Shown piece after piece: positions 47,811 through 61,800 of a stretch of DNA of 64,000 nt. Location: the NCBI GenBank assembly GCA_040954595.2, contig CM082580.2, positions 7,075,519-7,139,518 on the forward strand, written 5' to 3'. This stretch comes from Balanoglossus misakiensis (taxonomy: Eukaryota > Animalia > Hemichordata). The number at the start of each line of letters is the position of its first letter. The first letter of the stretch is position 1. A model generated the notes under the pieces. The model had not been told where the DNA came from, searched no databases, and saw only the letters and a list, made by a program, of their open reading frames with translations. Position numbers and translations under genes: made by a program.

Positions 47811-50800
47811 ACAACAACAAACCAATATTGGGAGATTCCCGTTTGTTGACATCATGTTAGATACACCCACTTAAAAAAAAACACGGAGTAATGTGTGGGA
47901 ATATTAAGATTTGTAACTTTCACCCAGTAAAAATCAATCATTGTACATGTACAAATGTATGTGCTGTATCTGTGTATGTATTAAGTAACAGATACATGGA
48001 TGTAAACATTTGATAAACATAACAAAATACTGAAAAAATAGCCAGAAGTTACAGATAGTGGCCCTTTGATATACGTCCAGGTTTGAATCAGTTCATTTGT
48101 CAATTACAACAATGCCAAATTATATATAAACATTATGTTGTGTTGACAAGCAGAATACTGGGCATTTTAGCACAATTATTTACTAGGGAGAATAATATTG
48201 TAGCTGGTACAAGAAAAATATTTTTAAAATACTGAAGTAACATTTACTTTCCCTTTTTACAAATAATCTAATTTATAAGAAGATAGTACATGTTTTTACT
48301 GATACTATACAGCTGTGCATAGAAAATAATGGACAAATTTACCTAGGGGTATTATTACACTAGTTAATTTTGAGTGTAAGAGAATACACCATTCCAAGTT
48401 TTATATGTACAGAATCTGTCTATTATTTTGATATGAGAGACTGGAGGCTACCTTGTGTGTGACAATGATGGCATCTCATTTGGGCATGCCTGGCCTCTCT
48501 AATTCTACAAATATAAATGCACACGACTATCATTAGTATCAATGCATTGTGTAGTTTAGAAATTGATTGAATGACTTCTGATGCCCAATTGAAGTGCACT
48601 CATTGATAACATTACATGTATGTGCAGATTCGTAATTATCATCATTAAATATGGTGTCACTCATGGCTCAGGCAATTGCAAACTGTACAGCGATCTGTGA
48701 CTTAAAAAGTTGGGTTACATTATTTTGTTTTAAGCTTTATCTAAGGAAAACAACAACAAAACGAAAAGTTCTATTAAAATGTCAAATCACTTTATTAGGT
48801 AAATACATGTAAGTTTAGCTATCCCAGGAGAAATGGTACCTAGATACGTTACATGTACATGCCAGGCAGGGCTTAACCATGTAAGAGATATTTGAAGCCT
48901 GTTTGAAACAAGTAATACCGTAATATAGAAAGGCATAACAATTTAAAGGTATAAAAGTATTTTTCAAATTTATTTCTAGGTTGATTTTTCCTACCCTCCA
49001 TTGATACCTGGACAAGCTCTGGACAGCCATGAAGTTCCAACCCAGTGGAAATATCTGCCCTTTCTAGCTTTACCAGATGGAGCACACAATTTCACAGAAG
49101 GTAAAATTAGTAGTTGTCAATTTTGCTGCTATTTACAAATAAGTATGTTAGTACATCATGGCCAGAAAATTAGGTTCACTAGCATAGGTATTGCCACATT
49201 GTGAAACCATGTGACAATATATGACCCGCTATGCTGCATAGGCATTAGTCCATGGGCCTCCAAGTGTATGTTTTAGCTCCTATTCAGGATATGTACATAT
49301 ACCAGTGGGAGTTTATGGGATCAGCCAGTACCTGGCATCTGTCTACAAATGTATTTCTCAGGATTGGTTTGTCCTATTTCTTTTAAGTTTGGTTTGTAGG
49401 GTTTTAGCAGTATTGCCCAATGGAACCTGCCTGTTCAAATCTCAGCTTAAAAAGTGTCTTACCAAAAAAAATTATGATATCAGGTGCTCAAATAACTAAA
49501 TATCTTTTTGACATTTTCAGATACTGTGTATTTCCATTTGCCAGACAAAGATGATGCTAATCAGACCATATATGGTGTATCCTGTTTCAGGCAAATTGAG
49601 TCGAAGGTAACCCAACACTCTTGTGCAGCGCTTTCTATAAAATCGCCATAGATATTAATTATTAATGATGCTGAATTTCCATTACCCTAATTAATAATTT
49701 ATGAAAAAGCCACAGATTATAAACTGATGAACAGGTGAATCTGTCCCATTTAACTTCTGATATTAGTCAAAATTTTCTTCCACTTTGCATATATACAGGT
49801 GGTATTGATTTATATAAATGTTCAAATTTTTTCATCAGGATCTCATTAACCGAAGTGCTGATATGACCAGAGGAACTGTTTTGAAGAGTGTGTGTGTTCT
49901 CAGTAAACTGGTAAGTATTTCTCAGTGTTTTCAAATGTAAAACATCTCTGGAGTACCATTTTCAAGATTATGAGAATTGTTTAAATGTTTCTTGCAATAA
50001 ACTCATCAGACATTGTAGTACTAGTTGCTGCTGCAAATAGGATTTGTGGTTTACAAATGTATGTTGTTCATTGCATGTTTATGTTTTCTCGATTCATTAC
50101 AGCCCCTGTATGGTCTGTTTCAAGCTAAACTTCAGCTGATCACATATGCGTACTTCAAAGAAAGGGATTTCACAAAGACTGAAATTCTCAAGGTTGGTGC
50201 AATCTTCATACTGAATTTAGCATGCACGTGACGAAATATACCCAGGTTGTCTGGATGCTGAAGGAGGCACCCTATTTGCTTTGGTACGGTAGTTTGTATT
50301 GCTTGTAATAAACACACAGATGGCAGCTACATGCTAATTTCAGCATCACAAACTTTTATTGACAGTCAGGGGCTAAGGACCTTAAACTCTCAGTCATGTT
50401 TTACAACATTATGTGTTTCACATCAAACTGTGAAATAGAAAGTTACTTTTCAAAGGCTGAAATTCCCAAGGTTGTTTCAGTCTTTGTTTCAAATTTGGTC
50501 TCTCAGCCCCATGTTAATACAGTTACAATGTACAGTATACACACTAGAACATAGCTTAAAATCTGCCTTCTTTTGCAGGAGCTCTATGAGAGTCTTAGTG
50601 GTTCTATCAGCTCAAGTCTTACAGGGGAACCCAGCCAGCTGTTCCTGGGGTTGTCAGTCAGGGAATTGATAATGCGGTTCAAACACAAGGTAAACTTTAT
50701 TATTCACAAAGAGACAATATTTCAAAACATGTTCCATGAGGCCTGTCTAAATGCAATGCTTATTGAAATGATACTGAAAGTATCAGTTAATGGAAATCAT

Positions 50801-53800
50801 TAAAAATTAAACCCAAGATGTGTTTAATAGAGCGTTGCAATTATACTTTTTTGCCTCCTCAGGCTCCTGCAAGCGTATTGTAACCTTATTTCTCTTTCAG
50901 ATCCTGATACTGTTTAAGCTGTTGCTGTTGGAAAGAAGAGTTCTGATGTTTGGTTCCCCTGTGAAAACACTCTGCAGTACCCTTCTGTCATGTGTCTCTC
51001 TGTTTCCAGGTAAAGTTGAACAGTGTGTGTCTTTTGGTATTAGTGAAAGTTGCAATGTCTAAGATAAAAGAACTCTTAATTTGTATATAGTCAGTAGTTG
51101 TGGTATTTCACAAGTTCCAGTGCCTACTTCATCTGGACAATAATTAGCGTCAAAGGCCGCCTCCCCTGTGACCGAGACCCGACAATGAATGCCTTTGAAA
51201 TCTACAGCTTCATTCATTTCAACAATAAAGAACATAATAATTACACAAAAAAGGAGTTTAACATCATGGTCTCAGCCACCGCGATTGGATGCTTGTTATA
51301 AAGAATTGTTTTTTGGTAGCACATTTATTTTTTGTTTTGCTCACTCCGTTGAAATTAGTCTTTGCTTTCCGACCAGAGGAATTTTGCATTTTCTTGTTTA
51401 TAGTGAGTTGATAAATTTTTGGAGTAGCACCAATTTTATCATAGAAGCCAATGGCAAACTCACAGCAGCTAGAAATCAAACTGTGAAATGTAACATAGCT
51501 GGTGGGATTTCCAAATTTGCCAGCAAAAAATGAACCCCATGTGACATACTTATTTTTTCTCAATGAATCTCTAAATAACCAGCACGAACGTTTAATTAAA
51601 ACAATCCTGCTAGTTTGTATTCTAATTTATTCTGGTTCCTTGGACGCACAGTTCAGTAAAATCACATGCTGCAGTCAAATCCCAAGCACAGCTGTGTAGG
51701 CAAGATTTAAGTGCAACTGCTAATTTGTACTATGAGCTTTTTACTCTTTTTTTAAAACCAGAAACGTATCAACTTATTTTGTGCGTTACCTGGCTACTAA
51801 TCTGTAAGTGAGAATGTCTCGCCTTTTTTATTTGATATTAAAAGCGAAACCATTTTGATTATGAAGAAGAATTATATTAAATTTCATCTGTTGTAGATTT
51901 CATAATCCTGCGGGATTGATCCAGTTCTACAGATGTAGACGTAGATTATAGCTGAAAAAAGATTACACTAGTCTGGGAAAATGAGAGAACACTTAATTTA
52001 GGTATTGTCGCCAGTATTAGCACAGTTCTGGTATTTTACAAATTGTAAGGTATTATATAGGTCAGTACTCTCAGGCCATAATCCAAGGACACAATGAGTC
52101 AATGCAGCCCCATCACAAAATAATTTCCTCCATAAATAGATATTTAATCCTGTACTAATCAAGCTCCGTGTAAAACATATGGCCGCTTCATCATATAACT
52201 CTGAAGTCATCAATCGATGAGTGTAACGAGATATATTGTAAAGATTTTGCTGTCTACAACAGACTGTAATCCAATAGTAATTAATAGTGACTGTAAAAAA
52301 TATTTAGTGACACACACATTGGTGAATATTTTAACTATAAAGATTGAAGCTAATGACTGACTTCCCAAATTAACATAATATTTGTAGTCCTTAAATTGAA
52401 TAACATTATGTGGACTGTAATTATATAACACATGTTTTTGCCCAGTAAAAATAATACATTTTCACTGTACATGTATGCAGTTCTCTGCACTGAATAACAT
52501 AATTTACAATGGTGGCACATATAATCACAAGAACCAGCCAATGCGACATGCCTGAACTTGATTCCACAGTTATGTAAAAGTAAAATTGTGATTTTAATTG
52601 ACAGTATGCTGAATTTAACAAAATGATATTCAATTCGTTTATATCAATATTGACATTAGGCAGTGTGCATGATAGAAAACTGAAAATACAAAATAATCTT
52701 GTGTCCTTTATCCAAATATAATGAGACAAAGTCAAAATGTTGCTACGCAGAATACTGATAGGTTTGACTGTATTAGTAGTAAGAGTCAAACTGATGTCTG
52801 TTTCAATATTTAGGTCGTGGTTGCGACTGCTGTTAATGCCGTGTTTTTGTTCTTGCTTGATTTCAGATATGATCGAAACGGGTCTTTCCGAGTGTACCAG
52901 CTACGACAGGGGAAGGCCTGTAACAACAGACCTGGAATTGACAGACTTTGGGATTGAAACGGAGGAGTATCTCGACGTCAACATCACGGACATCCCGGAT
53001 TACTCGAAGCGACAGACGAGGCAGCAGTCAAGAACATCGGAAGAAGGCAAAGACCACGACCAGACTGGGAATGGGGAGCAAGGAGAAAAACACAGCACGG
53101 ATTGTGTGGGAAAGGGGATGAACAATTTTGCCGCGGAACGTACCGCAAAAGGTGGTACGAAGAAAAATGCAACACTGAATGACAGAAATTTACACGGGAG
53201 TGCCGGGTCAGGTGCCACAACGCCCGCAAGCCGATCAGACCCGCAGAGGACCCTAGAGGACGACCTCTTGGACTTGATCGATCAGGAACTATGCGAAGAG
53301 ACGGAAAAACCAGACGTTGAAATTGGCACGAAGGACAGGACTGTGGAAAATGAAAGGAACGCAGATCAGGGGACAGTGTTGGAAGATGTTGTTTTCAACA
53401 ATGGTGACGTTGATGAGGAATACACGATCATCAGCTCTCCCAAATTACCAAACTTTCAAATGGACAGTTTTGGGTTCCCTCAAGCATTATTTACAAAGGT
53501 AAAATAGCACATAACATTATGATTTTTGCTGCAAAAATGTTTTTGCCAAGAGAAGAAGTCCAGGGAGGGGACCAATATCTTCAGTTTGTGGATGTTTTTT
53601 TATTATAAGCTTTTTCAACATGGCATCCTGTATGAAGGAACTGTGATAAGACATTCAAAATGGGTTGTATGTAGCGTTTGGTTTAGACATATTTAAATTT
53701 CATTTGTATTGATTTGTTTAACATATACGTGCATTAATTTGTTTGTTGATTGACAGGGCTCAGTGTGCCACCCGTACATTTCTCTGCAACAGCATGATCT

Positions 53801-55995
53801 TCTCCAAAACATCAATGTCCGCAGTTTTCTCATCGGGGCAACCAACTGCCTCTTCAAACAGAAGAGGCATTTCCTAGACATCATCATCGATGTAAGTACC
53901 AGATCTTGTCACTCCCTGTTTGATGGGATGGCATGACACCCCCCCCCCCCCCCCCAGTTTGATGGAATGGTATGGCCGAGCTTATTATTCAAAACGCCAG
54001 TTAAATACCATTGCTCCTGGCTTTGGTTGGTTTGGTGTGATTTGTTCCCAACCAATCAGAATACATATAGCTGACACCTGGATTTTTGTTTATCTTTCCC
54101 TCATCAGAAGTCCCCCGTCAAGTAGCTATGTTTTGTATTTATCTGGTCAACCAGGTGATCTTTTGAGTGACTTTGTACATGCGTGGTACAATGTAGTACT
54201 GTTATTCAGATTTGCTGGAAGTAATTTATATGGATTTTTTTCCCTGGGTGTAGCTTGAAGACAATAAAATTGAAATCCAAGACAACGAACTGAGAAAACA
54301 GCTGAATCTGAGCACAGCCGACTTGAGATTTGCTGATGTTCTGGTCAGAAATGTCCTCAACGAGAAGGAAAACTCCTTTCTAGACCCAACAGGTGAGAAT
54401 GATATACACCCTGTCCAAACTTACCACAGAAACAGCAGGGATGTACCAAACTATGCCAAAGTAGAGATTAATCATTAAAAAGTTTGAGAGATATATCGAA
54501 TATGGAGATGACAGTAGACCATTGAATTTAGAGACAGTTGTGATGGAACCAGCCATACCCACTGCAGCTGCACTTTGATATGTACTCTTACTCTTTCTGT
54601 TCTTGCGTGGCTAGGATGGGAAGGTGGCGAAGAGTGGCTGAGACGACAGTTCAAGGTGTACCTGCAGTCACTGCTGGCTACGGTGGAGTTCTGTGGTGAG
54701 TCAGAAATAAACAGGTTTGCCCTTGACAGCAACACTGACTTCAACTGCAGGTTCAATCATTCTTAATGTGGGACGTTTGTTCTTAATTATAACATGTGAA
54801 TTTATGTCTTATTTCATCTGATTTTTTTTTGTACAGATGATGAGGATGACCTGCATGATTTCAACAATCATTTTGTCCGAGCCTGGAAAACCACACACAA
54901 CTACAGGGTGTGGAAAAGTATTGAGCATGTCGGTATCACAGAACAGTTTAAAAAGTAAGTTCTAATACTGTGACATGTTTGGAAGAATTGTGTTCTGATT
55001 GAAACAGTAAGGAGAAGGAATGATGTACACGTACAGATGTGTTTATATTCTCAAAATTAACAAACCAATGTACCCCTCACTACATTCTGTGTTACTTGGT
55101 GTGCGCCCTCTTGAAACAAGTCTGATAAAAACCTTCCAATTTATGCTGTGATGTACGCCCTCTTGAGACAAGACAAATGTTACAAAGGATGGTTTGCTCG
55201 TGGAGTTAAAATGCAAAAACAGCTTTTTCTTGGTTTAACTAGTCATTTTGACGATAATCAGTTTGTTGTCAGTTACACAGTAATCACACTAACATAGCAT
55301 GATTTTCTCAACATTATTTCTGACAGAAAAAAATACTCACTTGTTTCAATGTTTGCATTCACTTTCAGACATCCATGTGAAGGAAACCTGAGCGTTTCTG
55401 ACATGAGACTCAGGCTACGAAGGTGAGAGTTTTGCATCTGTGTGCCTAAAATAATTAAAATCAATGTTCATTGTGTGAATTAATACCAGTGAAAGTACTT
55501 CCATGTATTAGTAGTACCAAGGTTTTGCATTTCTATTGTCGTGCATTGTTTTGCTGGGAAAAGTTTAGTGACTCTTTTTACGCTATTGTCTTTTAAGTTG
55601 TCCAGTTGGAAGTATTGTTTGTCCATTAGTTGAACAATGAAAATAATGCTAAGACAGGAAATGTTTTTTGTCCATGCAGCAGGTTGCCCTCAACAAAAGA
55701 ACCATGCATAAACATAGTCATTTCAAAAGTTGGTGCCCATGCCATTAAGAATGGGCTTGGGGTCTTTTCCAAGTGTGGTTCTGTCCGATCTCACCAAGTC
55801 TTTTGTGTTTTCAGCACTGACCAGGGTAGGAAGCTCACCAACGCCATGTCGAAGACGGGCTCGGCAGTGGTGCAGACAGGGCGCATCTTTGGCGGGGCGC
55901 TGACCACGGCCAAATCGGCCGTTTCGTCCACTGTCACCGCGTGGTTCTCAGGGCTGATGGACGATGATGACACAGACAGCGAAGTGGACGATTGA
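47237..55995 (+). CDS. AVL9: Late secretory pathway protein AVL9 homolog (DENN-like, ~668 aa, 14 exons)
   Basis: Exons 47237-47314, 48980-49100, 49521-49606, 49839-49910, 50103-50192, 50579-50689, 50901-51009, 52867-53498, 53757-53891, 54254-54392, 54615-54695, 54837-54954, 55369-55422, 55815-55995 = 2007 nt in frame. Motifs PVLHVVVVGFHHKRGCQVDFSYPPL, WKYLPFLALPDGAHN, LFKLLLLERR, CHPYISLQQ, IGATN, LSTADLRF, GWEGGEEW.R.QF. Confidence 0.95.
47740..47820. repeat. (CAT)n/(CAA)n microsatellite in AVL9 intron 1
   Basis: Seen directly; it produces the spurious poly-His ORF 47635-47874. Confidence 0.95.
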
Positions 55996-58830
55996 AGACG
56001 AATCGCTGAGAGTGAGATCAGGAGGGCAAGGTGTTTGGCTGGAGACGAGAATAGATGCACTGATAGTCCAGATTTACCATGTTTGACAAATTTAGCGGTA
56101 AAAACTAGCTGTGTCTCAGATGGTAATCGTACACGTCAACTAGAACTAGGTGTAGTTTAAAACTCAATGTTCGTTATGAAAGTCCAGAAAACCCACCGAG
56201 ACCAGTCGTCTCTGTGGAAACAAGTAGGGCCTACCCATACTTAAGCAGGAAATTTGAGCGTGGCATACTTTGCGATTGATGTATACAGTTTGCAATTGAT
56301 GTACATGTATGTGTATACAATTGTTGACTGTAAATTTATTAACTCAGATCAACAGTCATTATTTACATAACTCACTAACCATATCCAGCACTGTGGACTT
56401 ACTTCGCAATTGTGTCTTTCATCTATAATAACTGGCTGTATATGGAAGAGTGTAGCTAGTTGTCCTGTAATCTGCCTGGTCATTGCACTTTTCAAGGCCA
56501 TCTTCAGAAAGATTAGGGTCATGTTGCTGTATCTGTTGAAGAAAACGGGCACTGGCACACCAGATGCGTGGTGGATGACATCTCATGGTGTTTGCTTGAT
56601 AAACTCGTACATGCTCACATTATAGGTGGTTGGCGTCCGAGAAAAGGGGCCAACCCCCCCCCCCCCTTAAATAGTACATTATAGTGTACAACACAGGCAG
56701 AGAAAGTGAGTGTCATGGGATTGTGCTAGGCCAATCGGTGATCATCGTGCAATTACGTGCAGAACTAGTGGTGGTCGTGTGAAGCAGATGCACAGATGGT
56801 TGAAAAAGGCTGTGAGCTGTGCACAATCATGGGGGCCGATGGGGGTAGAGGATGAGGGTAGTGGAATTGATCTGATGGTGGGAGACAAATCGCCAATTCA
56901 GAAAATGCCAAGTTGACAACAAAGATGGAAGGTTATGTGATATTTCTAAAAAGCGCACCGTTTTTTTCCTCCAAAGATAGGTTTTATTTAGAACTTAATT
57001 TCTCTCTTTTTTTAAAGTTGAGTGAACGCGAAACAGTCGAGAGTAGCATATCAGGGGACAACCTAGAATTTTTTTTTTTTGTAAATAAGGTTATCTGGAA
57101 TGTATGCAATTGCAGTTTGGTGGAAATTATACCCAGCTGTCATCCTCAGCAGTTTATACATCTGTTTCTATAGTTTGTTCTCACAATGTTAAGAGGCATT
57201 GTCACAATATCTGTGCTTGATGCACAAAATTCTTGTACAGTCTTGTCCATACACCAACAGAAAATATTTTCACGCATATAGAAAGCTAAAGGAAATAGTG
57301 ATTTACGCTAGAAATAGCTTTGTGTAAAAAAATGTACAACAATATAGTCGTCTTGATGTGTCAGCCATCAAGCACACCGTTTCCATCTTTACCAATCTTT
57401 AATCATGATCATACACGATATATGCAATGTTTATTTCTCATGCAAATTAGATATATTTAAATACCATAGTATCAGCCAATGAGGTTTAACTCTGAGAGCA
57501 TGTGCAGTGAAGTGTGTGGCTCCCAAAATCTGAGACTGTGCTGCTGCTGTAAAGATTGTGAAGCATCTGACAGAGGACAAAGCACCAATATGAAATAACA
57601 CAAATAGCCTGCCATCTTTTCATTTGAGAACTCTGAACCACTACTTACGATATCTGATGTTATGAATCATACACACATGTCACTCTGATGCTGCGTAAGT
57701 TCTGTAAATATTCGAGAGGAAGACATAGACAATTTTGGTTTAACATTAATTAATTGTCAAATACAAATGTAAAATTGGTGTAAAGTATGAACATATGTAT
57801 AATGTGGAATGAGAACATTTTAGTATAATAGAATAAAAGACTTTGTTGAAACGTTGAATATGACTTGTGTACTGGCGCATTGTCAACTTGTGGCCCCAAA
57901 GGTCACTATCTCATCATGAATATATATTCAACTCAATGTGACCTTGTAAATAGTGTGAAACAAGGTCAAATTGACAGCATTTTCAGAGAAGTTTGAATCA
58001 TAATGGCCCACCTACATTTAATTTCTAAAGATCCCATGCTCTGCTGTAGCACTCTTTTCAATTGTGCATCATTGAAAGAACAGATCAACTCAATGATCAT
58101 ACAAGTGTGTACCGCTTTGGTTTATACCACTTGAAACTTTTCCCAGATGAGACGTGAATGGCCCCGCCTAGCTCGAAGAATTGTGGCCTGTTTAGATATG
58201 CTAATCAGTTTTCATAAAAAAATTTGGTATGAACATATGTCATGAAATTTGGTCAGTAAATACCATAGTACCTCCATGGTAATACAGAGCTCTGACATGT
58301 GGGAGTGCAACTTTGCCAGCTAGTTAGCATGTATAATGGTGGTGAAGGTAGTCTCTTTATTGTAGTCTGGGCACGGTCAATGATTGACCATGGTCCAGCC
58401 TCCAGGGTCACCTTGCGGCCACTGTACAAAATGTACATATGGCATGTGGAGGGAATGTGTGTGTCACTGTGTCCAATATACCAGTGTAAAGAAATACTAG
58501 TGTCATCGTATACAGTGAGTATTAGAACATTGGAATACATGGCTATGCCACCTTTTTGAGGACAATGCGTGATTCTTGTCGAAATAAATTTACAAGTTCC
58601 TTGAGACCATGGAGCTACCACATGCCACAGACCACTGTATGACCCCATTTGACCTGTAGTGCTGATTCACTATGACCGTCTCACATATGCAAATACAGAA
58701 CCACGTGGTGTCGCGCTAATGTGGAACTTTCCCATCACAACGTTCGTGAATGTATGGGTTTATTCCGACAGTGCGACCGACTGCTCGTTCATTTGTCGGA
58801 AAATTCCGAGCAGTACACATCGCAGCAACC

Positions 58831-61800
58831 ATGGCTTTCCAACTGAAACGCGTCCTTATCAGCGATTCCCTTGACTCCTGTTGTGCCAAAATATTGGAAG
58901 AAAATGGCATCGCCGTCGATACTAAGACGAAATTGACAAAGGAGCAGCTCGTGGCTGAAATCCCGGTGAGTTGTATATTTCTATATAGTGGCCGCACAAG
59001 CAGACATGGCCACACGCCACACGTGTGCGAGCTTTTTTACCTGTCAGACGCTAGACGCGTAGACGCACATTCGCACATTGCGTGTTTATAACATTTCCCC
59101 GCTAATCCGATGAACGGTTTCGCAAATAATCTAAACATTTTCATAGAGCTAAGACAGCACTAATGTAGTTGTCTGGATTTTCAAATGTCATTGCATGATG
59201 CAATATTGCTTTCGTGATTCCCTACCCGGTGTACTGCAGTGCAGGACACCGGCATATGAACACAGTTACGTGATGGAGCGCGGTCATCGTTAGCATCTGC
59301 ATGCAAATACGGTGAAATTTTCTATATGGGTGCCGTATTTATGATCGCCCTTGAACATGTCACAGCGCCTTCGTCGTACAGTTGCAGTAAATGTTTGGGT
59401 TCACCAAGCAGACGACCTCTTTTTGTTTGACCATATGCACGCACGCCGGTTGTGTGTATGTGTGACCTTTGAACCGTGGAACTGGAAGTTGCATGTCCGT
59501 ATTTCATGTATTTGTCATGCCAGCCAGATGATTTGAACCACCCGCCTAACCGGTAGTAGTACAAGTAGTATAAACAAAGCCTTTTCACTGACAATGACAA
59601 TCGTTACTGGTCTATAAATATAATGTGATCTATATAATATCTAATCAGATATATATAATATATTCCTCATGCACTTATCAGCAGTCAGTCTTCTGTTGTT
59701 GATTTTTGATATTTACATATTGATTGATAATAAAACATAGTTCAAAATATCCAACATAGGTGAAATGTTTTGTGATAAATTTGACTTGCTTTAGATCAGT
59801 ATTTGACTGAATGCAAATTTACAGTTGAAATTTTGATAGTTCAGACATTGAGCAGCTAATGAAACCTCAAAACTGCAAAGATTTGAAATGAAGAATAAAC
59901 ATGTATAAAGTAACTGTAACCATATCCATGGTTCACTTGCTTTTTCGATTTCACAAGGATTTTCCTCGGCAAGATGGATTTAAATTAATAGGTCACAGAG
60001 GACCGTAAAGGAAGTGAAGTCTCGGTAGAGGATTTTGAGATTATCACTAGTAGGTGTTTATTGAAAATGTGAATTTCTACAGACACGGTTACAATGTATT
60101 TGTAGTACTGTTTGGTCGGTGTATATTTTTTATATTTTTAGTACATTGTAGAATGAAACAATCAGCCACAGACAGAAAGGTTCCACTTTACCAAAGAACT
60201 GTTTTATTCTTCAAATATTTCTGTTCGTTGACAGAACTATGATGGCATCGTCGTTAGGTCTGCGACCAAAGTGACCGCGGAAGTGATTGAAGCCGGCAAA
60301 AACCTGAAGATCATCGGCAGAGCTGGAACTGGTGTCGACAATATTGATCTCAATGCCGCCTCAAAGAGGGGCATCATTGTGATGAAGTGAGTACTGGTTA
60401 CTATGGTAACACTTGAGTTGGCATCATAGCAACGAAGTGTTTTAATCTTAAAATATGTCATGATACATCACAGAGTTCCTAATTGAGGTTATTGGAAAAT
60501 GGCACAATGTGACCCTTGTACTGTTCCCATCCTTGCAGATTTTTTTTATAGAAAAACCCAGTAAAATATTAACCTCTCAGCCAACATAAAAATAGGCAAG
60601 TTTACGTAATAGGGTTTTAGAATTGGTTGGGTGTTAAAATTTGTAATATATAGATTCTAAAAAAATTACAGTCTAAAAATAGAGTGATAGTTCATATTCT
60701 TGTATTTTTTACTTAGTCATTATTGTCAACCATTTTTTAATCAAATTGGCTACATTCTTATAATTTACATGTGAATGAACCTGTATATGTAACTTTCACA
60801 ATGGGATAAATGTTTTTATGTATAATCTCAGGCTGGCTTTTCATTTATACCAAAAAGGGAAATTTCCTTTGGACTAATTTGTATGGGTTGTTTTATTATT
60901 ACTTTACACCAATTGCAAGCCCAGGAAATGGGTAAATGAGTGTTATTGTTGAGGGAAAACGCGTTGAAGCAAATTGCTTTTTGGCCAATTGATCAGAAAC
61001 CACAAATACTGAAGCACAAATAATGCGTACCCACAAAATACTTTTGCTACTTTCATATTCATCACATCTTTTCTGGAAAGCTAAATCTAATACAGGTCTG
61101 AGATAATTTAAGGTGTTGACATTAATTCAGGTCCCACTGACTTCAATTATGTCCGCACCACGTCAACCGCAGCTTGTAGTGAAAATTCAATTTCCAACTC
61201 AATTATTTTCTGAGAGATTTCTATTTCAACATGATGGTACAGAGATAAAGAAATAGCTTAGTTTTCTCCTACTGGGTGAATTGTGTATTCAGCCGAAGTG
61301 CAAATGTTCTTAGAGTTGCTAGTAATTTGGATTGGCCTTTTTTAATTTGCCTTAGCTATGAGCGAAGATCAGAATATTTATTGAAAACTGAAGGAATAAG
61401 AAATGTTATAAAACAAAGTGTGTTTTGTTGCTTTCAACAACTATTATTTATTGATATAATGTGCATTTTATTTCGTTAACAGCACACCAGCTGGCAATAC
61501 ACTGAGTGCTGCAGAACACACCTGTGCCATGATTTGTTCCATGTCCAGGTAAGAAAAAAAATGAAAAAAATGCAGTAAATAGCTCCATGCTGATTTATTA
61601 ATATTAAGTTGTATTGTCCCGGAAGCCTTGTAGTACTGGAGCAAAAGTAGTATACATCATCAGTATTCACCTATGCTCAACAAATAGCAAAATCTCAACT
61701 CGCCATGTCAAGTCCTCAACCCACATTCCTGAAATCTGAATATTCCTTGTAAACCCTCAGGAATATTCCCCAAGCGCACATGTCGATGAAGTCTGGAAAA

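Noticed and set aside
47635-47874. Poly-His ORF
   Set aside because: Translation of an intronic (CAT)n microsatellite.
55423-55814. Possible AVL9 microexon (the junction appears a few residues shorter than in human)
   Set aside because: The flanking exons already join in frame, and there is no candidate with both good splice sites.
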